From assembly GCA_018646105.1 (NCBI GenBank), contig JABGVJ010000109.1, positions 5,123 to 69,122 of the forward strand: a stretch of 64,000 nt of DNA. The letters run 5' to 3'. The position numbers were made by a program, and so were the translations under genes. Below the pieces are notes generated by a model. It made no database searches. It was not told the DNA's origin and saw only the letters and a program-made list of their open reading frames with translations. Shown here piece after piece: positions 9,555 to 19,453 of the stretch (the stretch's first letter is position 1; each line of letters opens with the position of its first letter). Source of the stretch: a bacterium. Lineage in GTDB: Bacteria > Margulisbacteria > Marinamargulisbacteria > JABGVJ01.

Positions 9555-10968
9555 TTTCGGTCCCTTTCCCGCGTTTGGTAATTTGCTGATATTTAAGTCC
9601 TAGTTCATCTTTTAAAATAGTCATAATTTTGGCCGTACAAAAAGAGCCATGGCATCTGCCCATCTGAGCTCTAGTATGAAACTTTATTCCATCCAAAGTA
9701 CAGGCGCCACGCTGAATAGCCATTTTAATTTCAGCTTTGGTGACTTCTTCACAACGACAAATGATCTCGCCAAAATCAGGATCCTGTTGAATTAAAGTGT
9801 TTTTCTGATTTAGGGGCAAGTCTCGGAAACGAGGGATTGCCTTTCTTTCTGACTGATAATGTACACGGGTTTTTAGCGGCTGTTTTTTCTCAATAATTTC
9901 TCTCACATGTTCTGCGATAGCTGGTGCTGCAGTAAGTCCTGGGGACTGAATACCAACAAGGTTTACAAAACCAGGCTGGTCTTCTTGAATATAAAAATCA
10001 CCATTTTTTAAAGCTGGTCTTAAGCCGGCAAAAGAAGTAATTACAATAGTTTCCGGAAGCCATTTCACGAGGTTACTGATAGCTTTAAGCACTTTTTCTT
10101 TGCCTGCCTGCGATGTACTCAGATCAGTTTTGTCTTCTATTTCGGTAGCAGTAGGGCCCAACATATAATTACCGTCAACAGTGGGAATAATTAAAACACC
10201 TTTGGTATCTGGCTTTGGTACGGGAAAAATAACGCGTTCTGTCAAATTTTGGATATGCCGATCAAGTAAAAATTCTTCTCCCTTACGAGGAATAATCTTG
10301 GGGCACAAAATACCGGCTAATTGTGAAATCTCGTCTGCGAAAAGGCCAGCGGCATTGATCACATAGCGGGTTTTATAAACGGCTTTTTCCGTAGTAACCT
10401 GCCAAACGGAGTTTTGAGACTGAATAGACAAGACTTTTTCAGAACAATGCAGTTGCGCTTGATTAGCAAGGGCATTTTCCAATAGCGCATATACAGCCTC
10501 GTAAGGATTGATTACCGCGGCAGTAGGGCCTAAAAGAGCGTATTGGATATCCTGGTTAAGATTGGGTTCATGCTGATCGAGCCAGGCGCGATCTACAATT
10601 TGAAGGTCAGGCACGCCTAATTCTTGGCCATTTTTTTGCATTTCCTCAAGTTTAGGTAACTCCTCCTCAAAAGCCACGACCAGTTCCCCGATTTGTTTGA
10701 GCGGTAAATCTAGTTTTTGGGCAAGATCAGAATACAGCTTATTACCACGCACGGCTAATTTACCCTTGAGGCTAGTGGCTGGGGATTGAAACCCTGTATG
10801 GATAATACCGCTATTGGATTTGGAAACCCCGAAAGAAGGTTCGGCCTCTTTTTCCAAAACCAAAATTTCAAGCTCGTATTTAGCTAGTTCATAAGCTATA
10901 GCAGCTCCTACAATGCCCGCGCCAATGATAATAATGTCGTGTGTAATATCGTGAGATTTGATGATCAT
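9544..10968 (-). CDS. FAD-dependent oxidoreductase (glycerol-3-phosphate dehydrogenase/LhgO-like) with C-terminal BFD-like [2Fe-2S] domain
   Basis: N-terminal IIGAGIVGAAIAYELA FAD motif; C-terminal CRCEEVT...CHGSFC cysteine pattern. Confidence 0.7.
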   Translation of the reverse strand: MIIKSHDITHDIIIIGAGIVGAAIAYELAKYELEILVLEKEAEPSFGVSKSNSGIIHTGFQSPATSLKGKLAVRGNKLYSDLAQKLDLPLKQIGELVVAFEEELPKLEEMQKNGQELGVPDLQIVDRAWLDQHEPNLNQDIQYALLGPTAAVINPYEAVYALLENALANQAQLHCSEKVLSIQSQNSVWQVTTEKAVYKTRYVINAAGLFADEISQLAGILCPKIIPRKGEEFLLDRHIQNLTERVIFPVPKPDTKGVLIIPTVDGNYMLGPTATEIEDKTDLSTSQAGKEKVLKAISNLVKWLPETIVITSFAGLRPALKNGDFYIQEDQPGFVNLVGIQSPGLTAAPAIAEHVREIIEKKQPLKTRVHYQSERKAIPRFRDLPLNQKNTLIQQDPDFGEIICRCEEVTKAEIKMAIQRGACTLDGIKFHTRAQMGRCHGSFCTAKIMTILKDELGLKYQQITKRGKGTEIVY

Positions 10969-11010
10969 ATTCCAAATATAAGAAAAAAGTGAAATTTTTG
11001 CAATTCATTT

Positions 11011-11030
11011 AACGATAATTTAATGATAGA
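11011..11030 (+). promoter_or_regulatory. Copy 2 of recurring upstream element (aACGATAATTtAaTGATAGa)
   Basis: Matches the motif family; upstream of LRR gene 11177. Confidence 0.4.
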
Positions 11031-11043
11031 CATAAAAAAATAT

Positions 11044-11127
11044 ATCGATTCGGGTTTAGGATTTAGGCCTCACCTCGGTACTTCGTGCCACCCCGCTCCA
11101 CTTGTGGAGAAGGGTTTAAAGGCTTAA
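11044..11127. repeat. GC-rich MITE/REP-like intergenic element, copy A
   Basis: Blocks atcgatt, ttaggcctcacc, ctccacttgtggag, ttaaggc shared in inverted orientation with 42190-42310. Confidence 0.55.
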
Positions 11128-11176
11128 TATACGTTCTGATTTTGAATAGATACAAAAAAATTAAGGGGAAAAGAAA

Positions 11177-11818
11177 TTGAAAGAACAAAATTTAAAAAAA
11201 ATAGTAGCCACGAGACCGCCATCACCGGAATTTCAGCCTGATAAACAAATCGACTTGAGTCATCATCCAATGCTGAGTGAAGATGCCATTTTGGGGAAAT
11301 TTACAGCAACAAAAAATCCTGAAAATATTCTTTCTGTGAATTTAAGTGGGCTAAAACATGTTAGCCAAAAAGTCGTTGCTATAATAATTCAAACATTTCC
11401 AAATCTAAAATGTTTGAATTTATCTTTTACAAATATTGGGGATAAGGCAGTTACTTTATTAAAAAACAAATTGCATAGCAAAAATTTATCACAGCTAGCA
11501 AAATTATATTTAAATGACCTAAAAATCTCAGCAGACACGTGTACTGCTTTAAAAGCGTGGGCCAAAACTCATCAACATAGTACAACTATATATCTTGATG
11601 ACTCTATTTTCTTTACTGAAACTCCTAGTACTTCGACTGAAAAGCCTCTCGATCCTGACCATCCAGCATATGCTACTTTTGACAATTTTATGGCTATTCG
11701 TACCGGCTTTACTAACCGAACCTTTATAGATTCTACAAAACTCCCACAGCATGATTCCATACAAATAGGCCCCGTAACATTTATTAATACTGGTATAACG
11801 CCTAGTACTCAGAGGTAA
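11177..11818 (+). CDS. Leucine-rich repeat (RNI-like) protein, eukaryotic-like
   Basis: LxxLxLxxNxIGDxxxxxL repeats (NLSGLKHVSQKVV..., LNLSFTNIGDKAVTLL...); TTG start with GGGGA SD. Confidence 0.6.
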   Translation: MKEQNLKKIVATRPPSPEFQPDKQIDLSHHPMLSEDAILGKFTATKNPENILSVNLSGLKHVSQKVVAIIIQTFPNLKCLNLSFTNIGDKAVTLLKNKLHSKNLSQLAKLYLNDLKISADTCTALKAWAKTHQHSTTIYLDDSIFFTETPSTSTEKPLDPDHPAYATFDNFMAIRTGFTNRTFIDSTKLPQHDSIQIGPVTFINTGITPSTQR

Positions 11819-13427
11819 AATGAAAAATTAATTCTGGGTTTTCTTTGATTTCGCGATTGAGACTCCATTTGGTTTCAGCGAGATAAACCAGTCGGCCTTT
11901 AACATCTTTAGCAATTTGTGCATGACGTTTTTTGACAAATTTTTCTAAAATCAGAGGATCTTTACTGATCAGCCAACACGCTTTGAAATAATTTAAAGGA
12001 TCAAAACGACATTTGGCTTTGTATTCATGCTCAAGCCTAAAAGTAATCACGTCAAACTGAAGAGATCCCACAGTACCCACAATGCGTGATGGGCTATTTA
12101 GTTTGGAAAATACCTGGGCTACTCCTTCTTCGCAAAGTTGTTCCAGCCCTTTATTTAATTGTTTGGTTTTCATGGGGTCTAAATTAACGACTGTACGAAA
12201 AATTTCCGGGGAAAAGCTAGGAATACCATGAAAATTGATTTTTTCACCACTGGTTAAAGTATCGCCAATTTTTAAATTACCTGTATCATATAGACCGACA
12301 ATATCGCCGGGATAAGCCGCGTCGATAATTTCTTTGTCTTGCGCCAGAAAAGCCGTAGGGTTTGAATATCTTAAAGCCTTACCAGTTCGCACATGGTGAA
12401 CTTTTTTATTACGTTCAAAAATGCCCGAACATACCCTTAAAAAAGCAATGCGGTCACGATGTTTCGGATCAATATTGGCATGTATTTTAAAAATAAAACC
12501 ACTGAATTTAGGGGAGTCTGCTAATACAGCCCCTTTATCAGTCTGGCCTTCGCGAGGATGCGGGGCAAACTGGATAAAAGCATCCAAGAGTTCCCTCACC
12601 CCAAAATTGTTTAAAGCGCTACCAAAAAAGATCGGTGTTAAATGTCCTTCCAGATAATCCTGTACATTAAATTCAGGATAAACGCTAATCAACTCCAAAT
12701 CTTCCCTTAATTTATCTGCTTGCAATCCTAAGTACTCGTCTAGTTTGGGGTCGTTCAGGTCAGTGATTTCTATAATATCTTTAGTGTTTTGTTTTTGGTG
12801 CGACTTAAAAAGGATCAATCTTTTTTCGTATATACTATATACACCTTTAAAAGTTTTACCCATGCCAATAGGCCAGCTCAGGGGAGTTACGTGAACTTGC
12901 AGTATATCTTCAATCTCATCCAGTAGTTCCACAGGGTCTCTACCTTCTCGATCCAGTTTATTCATAAAGGTCATGGTCGGGATGTTGCGCAGACGACATA
13001 TTTCCATTAATTTTCGGGTACGTGACTCTACGCCTTTGGTGGAATCGATCACCATAATAGAACTATCTACGGCAGTGAGAGTTCTATACGTATCTTCGCT
13101 AAAATCAGCGTGTCCAGGGGTGTCGAGTAAATTGATTTTAATGCCTTTATAATCAAAACCCATGACTGAGGTTGCTACGGATATGCCTCTTTGTTTTTCA
13201 ATTTCCATAAAATCTGAGGTTGCATGTTTAGAAGCCTTTTTGGCTTTAACTGCACCGGCGGTCTGGATCGCGCCCCCAAAAAGCAGGAGCTTTTCGGTAA
13301 GTGTAGTCTTACCCGCGTCAGGGTGACTGATGATACCAAAGGTGCGTCGTCTTTTTATTTCTTTTGTTAAGTCTGTACTCATAGTTTTAATATTATGGGG
13401 AAGCTTAATATTTTCGTCAACTGGCAA
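11802..13427 (-). CDS. prfC: Peptide chain release factor 3
   Basis: RRRTFGIISHPDAGKTT, DTPGHADFSEDTYR; start codon ambiguous (TTG 13427 or ATG 13382). Confidence 0.9.
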   Translation of the reverse strand: MPVDENIKLPHNIKTMSTDLTKEIKRRRTFGIISHPDAGKTTLTEKLLLFGGAIQTAGAVKAKKASKHATSDFMEIEKQRGISVATSVMGFDYKGIKINLLDTPGHADFSEDTYRTLTAVDSSIMVIDSTKGVESRTRKLMEICRLRNIPTMTFMNKLDREGRDPVELLDEIEDILQVHVTPLSWPIGMGKTFKGVYSIYEKRLILFKSHQKQNTKDIIEITDLNDPKLDEYLGLQADKLREDLELISVYPEFNVQDYLEGHLTPIFFGSALNNFGVRELLDAFIQFAPHPREGQTDKGAVLADSPKFSGFIFKIHANIDPKHRDRIAFLRVCSGIFERNKKVHHVRTGKALRYSNPTAFLAQDKEIIDAAYPGDIVGLYDTGNLKIGDTLTSGEKINFHGIPSFSPEIFRTVVNLDPMKTKQLNKGLEQLCEEGVAQVFSKLNSPSRIVGTVGSLQFDVITFRLEHEYKAKCRFDPLNYFKACWLISKDPLILEKFVKKRHAQIAKDVKGRLVYLAETKWSLNREIKENPELIFHFTSEY

Positions 13428-13450
13428 AGTGAAATTTTCTTATAAAACAA

Positions 13451-13466
13451 TACGATAATTATACGG
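13451..13466 (+). promoter_or_regulatory. Copy 3 of recurring upstream element (TACGATAATTATAcgg)
   Basis: ~70 nt upstream of LRR gene 13535. Confidence 0.4.
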
Positions 13467-13534
13467 GGTAAAATAAAATAAACAAAAAAATTATTAGTAT
13501 TACGTCATATTCCCTATCCCAGAATGCAGGTTCC

Positions 13535-14335
13535 TTGTGGCCCCATATTACTTCATATGAAACAATAGATCTATCGGGTCTCACTACTACTTATGACACG
13601 GAAACGCTAGAAAACATTATAGAACCTGCTACGCTTCTAGAAAAACTGGATTTGTCTGGCAATGAATTATCTCCCGAGGCCGTTGCTTATTTAGGCGAGG
13701 TAATTAATGATCCGGAGACAAGATTAATGCGTGTGATTTTGTCAGGAGAAATGTTACAAAATAGCTCAAAAATATCAAAGAAATATATCGAGGAAAAGCA
13801 GGGTACAAGTGTTTCTGAAGGGAACAGTGGGTACCATTTAGACCTTAGCTGCCTTGATAAGGAACTAAAATTTAAAATTTGGAATTTAAAAACTTGGAAT
13901 TCAAAAACCCGGGAATTAAGGAGCTCAATAAAAAATGCAACTGCGATAAATTTATCAGGTAGCTTGTTGGCAATACCATCCATTAAAATCATTGTCAAAA
14001 AGGGTAGGAATGTCGAAGAAATAAATTTGTCTAGAACCTTTATCACCAGCAATACGTTAAGACTATTAATCGATATGTTTAAAAATAAAGAACTCCGAAC
14101 CTTGAATTTATATAAGGATCAATGTCCTTCTTCAGATAAAGTGGCTTTTTCTCAAGGGTTAGCAGACATCTCCAATTTAAGACTACCTAAAAATCTAAAA
14201 ATAACTCTTCCATCTGGCAAAGTTTTAGACATCCCCCATTTACCCCCACTTAGCCCTAAAGTCACTTCTAAAAACCAAAAAAAAACATCTTTATCTTTTT
14301 TACCTTCAGTTGTTCACTCTGTTGGCGCCCGGTAA
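13535..14335 (+). CDS. Leucine-rich repeat (RNI-like) protein, eukaryotic-like (paralog-like of 11177 gene)
   Basis: IDLSGLTT..., LDLSGNELSPEAVAYLGEVI..., INLSGSLL..., INLSRTFITSNTLRLL repeats; TTG start. Confidence 0.55.
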   Translation: MWPHITSYETIDLSGLTTTYDTETLENIIEPATLLEKLDLSGNELSPEAVAYLGEVINDPETRLMRVILSGEMLQNSSKISKKYIEEKQGTSVSEGNSGYHLDLSCLDKELKFKIWNLKTWNSKTRELRSSIKNATAINLSGSLLAIPSIKIIVKKGRNVEEINLSRTFITSNTLRLLIDMFKNKELRTLNLYKDQCPSSDKVAFSQGLADISNLRLPKNLKITLPSGKVLDIPHLPPLSPKVTSKNQKKTSLSFLPSVVHSVGAR

Positions 14336-14391
14336 AAAAAATCTAATAATTAAGCTTGTTTCCCGCCTAAATTTAAACTAAACTTTTAATT

Positions 14392-15144
14392 ATGAAGAAA
14401 TTATGGATGAGCGTTTTTACGATTCTTTTTATTTTAAGCTCTTTTTGTCAGGCTGCTCCACCCACAGTTCAAGAAATCATTCAAAAAATGGATGCGCTTA
14501 TGCGGGGTAAAACCAGCTATTGGGAAATGACCATTATGGTACAAACCGCTCGCTGGGAACGTACCATTAAGTTGCTCAGCTGGGCACAGGGTACAGAAAA
14601 AAGTTTTATCAAAATCACTTATCCAATCAAAGACAAAGGCGTAACTTTTCTCAAAATAAATAACGATATGTGGCAATATATTCCCAAAATTGAAAAAATC
14701 ATTAAGTTCCCACCGTCTATGATGTTGCAGTCTTGGATGGGTACGGACTTTTCTAACGACGACCTGGTCAAAGAAAGCTCTACGGTCCATGATTATACAC
14801 ATGTATTGCTTAGTGAAGATGAAAAAAGCTACGAAATAGAATCTTTACCTAAAGAAGAAGCGGCGGTGGTCTGGGGCAAGATAGTGAGTCGGGTAGACAA
14901 AACGCATTATTACCCTATAAAACAAGAATATTATGATGAAGATAATGCCTTAATCCGTAGATTAACTTATACCAAGGTTATCAAGACTAGCGGAAGATAT
15001 CTCCCCACTGTTTGGACTATGGAACCTATGGATGAAGATAAGGTGGGCAATAAAACTATTTTGAAATTAGATAAAATTGAGTTTGATATACCTCTTGATG
15101 ACAGCCTTTTTTCGTTACGCTCTTTAAGAACCCTATCAAAATGA
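14392..15144 (+). CDS. Outer-membrane lipoprotein-sorting (LolA-like) periplasmic protein
   Basis: Sec signal peptide, ~250 aa, first gene of LolA-like/FtsX/FtsX/ABC cluster. Confidence 0.5.
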   Translation: MKKLWMSVFTILFILSSFCQAAPPTVQEIIQKMDALMRGKTSYWEMTIMVQTARWERTIKLLSWAQGTEKSFIKITYPIKDKGVTFLKINNDMWQYIPKIEKIIKFPPSMMLQSWMGTDFSNDDLVKESSTVHDYTHVLLSEDEKSYEIESLPKEEAAVVWGKIVSRVDKTHYYPIKQEYYDEDNALIRRLTYTKVIKTSGRYLPTVWTMEPMDEDKVGNKTILKLDKIEFDIPLDDSLFSLRSLRTLSK

Positions 15145-15158
15145 GGGTAAAAATCTAA

Positions 15159-16394
15159 ATGTTATTAAAAATCGCGTGGCGCAATGTTTTAGCGCATAAA
15201 AGAAGAGCTATCTTAACCATTATTTTAAGTGCGCTTTGCACCGTATTTCTTGTCTTTGCATATAGCTTTCAACAAGGTGAATACAAAAAAATGATCCGTG
15301 ATGCCGTGGAAGTGTACGCGGGTTATATGGAAGTCACGGGTGCAGGCTATCTGGACAAGCCCGATTATGACCATCTGATTTACAATCTTCCTGAAGTCAA
15401 AAAAATTATCCAAGATCAAGAAGGCGTGGAAAAGTATACTGAAAGAATGCAAACTTTTGCGCTTTTTTCCGGTGAACAGGATTCTGCAGGTGGAATGCTG
15501 GTCGGAATTGTACCGGAAACAGAGCAATATTTGTCCCGCATCAAACAATCCATGGTGGAAGGTGAGTTTTTAACCTCAACTACCCAGCCTTATGCCATCA
15601 TTGGTAAAGACCTGGCTGATAAACTCGAAGTTAAAATAGGAGATAAGTTCACATATCTCTCCACTGCCTTGGATTATTCCATGGCCGCGGACAATTTAGT
15701 CATTAAAGGCATCTTTCAAACAGGATCTCAATTTGACAGTCGTGCGGTTTTTATTTCCAAAAAATATATGGATACCATGTTTTTGTCGCAAGGAGTGGCT
15801 TCGCATTTAATGATTTTACCAACTAAAAAATATCGTACAAACACAACTCCCTTATTAGCTCAATTAAAAGTGAAAATTGATCCTAAGCAAAACCAAGTTG
15901 TTGATTGGCGAACTACAATTAAATATATGGTGCAGCTGATTAAGGTTGATGAAGTTTTTGGTTATTTTACGTTTGCTATTTTGGTAGGCGTGATTTTCTT
16001 GGTTATTATGATTTTCTCGGTGATCAGCATTATGCAACGTACTAAAGAAATAGGGGTTTTAAGAGCTATTGGAACTAAGCCCGGACAGGTTTATGCCATG
16101 CTGCTGGCAGAAAGCTTCATTTTGGGCTTGATCAGCGCTATGATCGGCGGGCTCATTGGTGCGGCTTTGGTGTACTATTATATGGTAAACCCTATCCAAA
16201 TCGAGATGTCACCGGAAATTATGAAACAATATCAACAATGGGGCATTGTGGACCTTAATTTCCCGACCGTGTTTTCTATCAAATACATCTTTAATTTAAG
16301 CTTATTTGTCATTTTCATGAATATTGTTTCTGCACTCTACCCCATCCTTAAAGTAGTTAAATACAAACCTATCGAGGCTATTAATTATGTTTAA
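15159..16394 (+). CDS. ABC transporter permease, FtsX/MacB/LolC-like
   Basis: N-terminal TM, large periplasmic domain, 3 C-terminal TMs. Confidence 0.7.
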   Translation: MLLKIAWRNVLAHKRRAILTIILSALCTVFLVFAYSFQQGEYKKMIRDAVEVYAGYMEVTGAGYLDKPDYDHLIYNLPEVKKIIQDQEGVEKYTERMQTFALFSGEQDSAGGMLVGIVPETEQYLSRIKQSMVEGEFLTSTTQPYAIIGKDLADKLEVKIGDKFTYLSTALDYSMAADNLVIKGIFQTGSQFDSRAVFISKKYMDTMFLSQGVASHLMILPTKKYRTNTTPLLAQLKVKIDPKQNQVVDWRTTIKYMVQLIKVDEVFGYFTFAILVGVIFLVIMIFSVISIMQRTKEIGVLRAIGTKPGQVYAMLLAESFILGLISAMIGGLIGAALVYYYMVNPIQIEMSPEIMKQYQQWGIVDLNFPTVFSIKYIFNLSLFVIFMNIVSALYPILKVVKYKPIEAINYV

Positions 16395-17625
16395 AATAAT
16401 CTTAAAGACAGCCTATTTAAACCTTTGGCGGCGCAAAAGCCGAACTTTTATCCTGATTGTGATGATTTCCTTTGGCTTGGCAGCAATGATTTTTACGCAA
16501 GGCCTCTATGAGGGTATGATGAGCCAAATGATCGATGATGCGCTGCGTACCAGTAGCGGTGATTTTATGATTAGTAAAGAGGGGCATTATAAATCACAAT
16601 TATTATCAGATTACATATATGACACCGAACCCGTCATTTCCGCCTTGAAAAAAAATAATAACGTGGCGCATTTTGTAACCAGAGTAAAAAACGAAGGTAT
16701 GGTTTCTTCAGCTAAATATTCGCAAGGAGCTGAAATTTTAGGGGTCAACCTGGAGCAAGAACAATATTTTATCAATTATAAAAAACCTTTAAGACAAGGC
16801 CGGTTAGAACTGAACGAGAACAAAAAAGAAGCCATCATTGGCCAGGACCTGGCAGATAAATTAAAAGTAAAGATCGGGCGCAAAATCGTGCTTACTGGTC
16901 AGGCTTTGGATAAAGAATTAGTAGCGGGCGCTTTTAGGGTAGTGGGGATTATCCGGACTAATAATCCGGAAATTGATGAGATGTCTGTGATCATTCGCCA
17001 GAAACACATGCAAGAATTATTTAAAATGAATGGACATATTAGCGAGGTCAGCGTTTTAGTTAAAGACAAAAAACAAGCAAAGCAAACTGAAAGTACCATC
17101 AAGGCCTATTTAACGAAAAATTCCTCGCAAAAGTTTGAAGTACTGGGCTGGGAAGAGCTCTATGCTTTACTAGCGATGATGAAATCGATGTTTGTTTATT
17201 TTGTTTATATCAGTTATTTTATTGTGTTTCTGGCTGTGGCTGTTGGTTTTTTCAATATTCTTTTAATTTCCATTCTGGAACGCGTCAAAGAATACGGTAT
17301 TCTTTTGGCTGTGGGGACTTCTTTTAGCATAGTTAAAAAAATGATTTATCTTGAAGCTTTGATTGTGGGGATGTTTGGTTTTGTTTTTGGTAGTTTTTTT
17401 GGAGCTTTACTGCTGATTTATAGCAAATTTTGGGGGATTGATCTGAGCAATTTTGCTACTGGTTTAAACAAAATGGGGATGGCGTCCATAATGTATGCGG
17501 AAATTCATTTTGGTTATTTTGTCTTAGCTTTTGTGGTAGTGCTATTGACTTCATATTTGTCCGCCATTATCCCTGTTTGGAAATTAAAAAAACTAAAGCC
17601 TGTGCAGGCTATAAGATTTGTATAA
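16387..17625 (+). CDS. ABC transporter permease, FtsX/MacB/LolE-like
   Basis: Same architecture as preceding gene; overlaps it by 8 nt. Confidence 0.7.
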   Translation: MFKIILKTAYLNLWRRKSRTFILIVMISFGLAAMIFTQGLYEGMMSQMIDDALRTSSGDFMISKEGHYKSQLLSDYIYDTEPVISALKKNNNVAHFVTRVKNEGMVSSAKYSQGAEILGVNLEQEQYFINYKKPLRQGRLELNENKKEAIIGQDLADKLKVKIGRKIVLTGQALDKELVAGAFRVVGIIRTNNPEIDEMSVIIRQKHMQELFKMNGHISEVSVLVKDKKQAKQTESTIKAYLTKNSSQKFEVLGWEELYALLAMMKSMFVYFVYISYFIVFLAVAVGFFNILLISILERVKEYGILLAVGTSFSIVKKMIYLEALIVGMFGFVFGSFFGALLLIYSKFWGIDLSNFATGLNKMGMASIMYAEIHFGYFVLAFVVVLLTSYLSAIIPVWKLKKLKPVQAIRFV

Positions 17626-17634
17626 GGAGAAAAA

Positions 17635-18321
17635 ATGCCTATTTTAAAATTGAAAAAATTAAGTAAAACCTATACCGAAGGGAAAAATGTAGAAACCCAT
17701 GCGGTACGCCATATTGACCTGGAAATCAAAAAAGGTGAGTTCGTGGTTGTGTCCGGGCCTTCTGGTTCTGGAAAAACTACGCTTCTCAACCTGATCGGCG
17801 GACTGGACGCGCCCACCAGCGGCACAATCATGTTCAATGCCTTCAAAATTAGTCATCTCAAAGAAAAAGACTTGGCGCATGTGCGACTTCATAATATCGG
17901 TTTTATATTTCAGGCCTATAATTTAGTGCCTGTACTAACGGCAAAAGAAAACATTGAATATATTATGACCTTGCAAAAAGTAGCGCCTAAAATCCGGAAT
18001 GAGCGAATCGAAAAAATAGCGCATCACTTGGGGATTTACAATTTATTACACAAAAAACCAAACGAATTAAGCGGTGGGCAGCAGCAAAGGATCGCTGTGG
18101 CTCGGGCTATTGTCAGTAAACCTAAATTAATCTTGGCAGACGAGCCTACGGCCAACTTGGACACCCATAATTCGGAAACGTTATTGGACTTAATGAAAAA
18201 GTTAAATGAAGAAGAAAAAGTAACTTTCATATTTTCAACGCATGATCCGGTTTTAATTGAAAAAGCAAAAAGAAATATCATCTTAAAAGATGGTAAAATA
18301 GATAAAGATATCACAGTTTAA
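17635..18321 (+). CDS. ABC transporter ATP-binding protein (LolD/MacB-type)
   Basis: GPSGSGKTT, LSGGQQQRIAVARA, LADEPT. Confidence 0.85.
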   Translation: MPILKLKKLSKTYTEGKNVETHAVRHIDLEIKKGEFVVVSGPSGSGKTTLLNLIGGLDAPTSGTIMFNAFKISHLKEKDLAHVRLHNIGFIFQAYNLVPVLTAKENIEYIMTLQKVAPKIRNERIEKIAHHLGIYNLLHKKPNELSGGQQQRIAVARAIVSKPKLILADEPTANLDTHNSETLLDLMKKLNEEEKVTFIFSTHDPVLIEKAKRNIILKDGKIDKDITV

Positions 18322-18334
18322 AAAGGAAGTTTTT

Positions 18335-19453
18335 ATGTTTAAACAACTTTATTGGTTGATCTTATTAATATTGTTATTTAATACCAGTATGGCCAATGTA
18401 GAAATAGATTTTGCTAATACTCATATTACGTATTTAAAGAAAAACACCACGGATTTATATTATTATCTAGCTGATTACAATAAATTACGCACGAATGTAT
18501 TTCACACATGGGGCCCATTAAAAAACACCTTGATGGTTGACTGGGAAAATTTTATGGGTAAAGACTATCTGAATTCAGCTTCTTATACCGCTATTAAAAA
18601 CGCAACGTTTAACCTGCCTTTTACACCATACCGCTATCTTTATCAGTCAGATACTGTGGCGGGCAGAGTTTTTCTGCATCGAGCTTACACGGAAATCCAA
18701 AATCAAAACAATACCTTGGCTATAGGGCTACAAAGTATGCCCATGGGCGTTGGTCGTATATGGGCGCCTTTAGATGTATTTAATTTATTTTCCAGCTACC
18801 ATGAAATTGCTGGAGTTCTGGGTATTAAATATACGCATTACTTAAATGACCTTTCTTTTGTAAAATTGGTGACGAATTTCAAAGAGGAGTTTAAGGTAGA
18901 TAAATATGGAGGGTTATGTAAAACTCATGTTTGGGGTTCAGACATGGGCTTAACACTCTTAAATAGTGAAAACTTCATGATTATAGGCGGGGAAATAGAA
19001 GCAAATTTACTAGACACTGGCATAGAGGTACGAGCAGAAGGTGGACGCTTTGATGACAAGACTAGAGACAGTAAATATATCAAATATATTCTCGGTGCTG
19101 ATTATGCATTTCCAAACATGGTCACGCTAGCAATCGAATATTTTTTCAATGGTTTAGGCGGTGATAATTATCATGATTATGATACTAATCTTTGGAGTGA
19201 TGATAACGGATATCTTGCCAAGCATTATTTAGGGTCATCTTTAGGATACGTATATAATCCCTTAATCAATTTCTCAAATACTAATATGGTGAACCTAGTA
19301 GATGGCAGTGTTTACAGCGCCATATCCGCTGGATACAGTTTAAATGATAACGCGTCAGTGGATTTGACTGCGGTATTATTTTATGGGCAAGAAGGTAGTG
19401 AATTCAAGCTTTACAGCAATAGTTATTATCTGAGATGGTCTAATTATTTTTAA
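18335..19453 (+). CDS. Putative outer-membrane beta-barrel protein
   Basis: Signal peptide, alternating aromatic/hydrophilic pattern, C-terminal ...RWSNYF. Confidence 0.5.
   Translation: MFKQLYWLILLILLFNTSMANVEIDFANTHITYLKKNTTDLYYYLADYNKLRTNVFHTWGPLKNTLMVDWENFMGKDYLNSASYTAIKNATFNLPFTPYRYLYQSDTVAGRVFLHRAYTEIQNQNNTLAIGLQSMPMGVGRIWAPLDVFNLFSSYHEIAGVLGIKYTHYLNDLSFVKLVTNFKEEFKVDKYGGLCKTHVWGSDMGLTLLNSENFMIIGGEIEANLLDTGIEVRAEGGRFDDKTRDSKYIKYILGADYAFPNMVTLAIEYFFNGLGGDNYHDYDTNLWSDDNGYLAKHYLGSSLGYVYNPLINFSNTNMVNLVDGSVYSAISAGYSLNDNASVDLTAVLFYGQEGSEFKLYSNSYYLRWSNYF

Noticed and set aside
13421-13440. Sigma-54-like TGGCA...box upstream of prfC/LRR divergent region (ctggcaaagtgaaattttc)
   Set aside because: Has TGGCA but lacks the TTGC -12 element at correct spacing.
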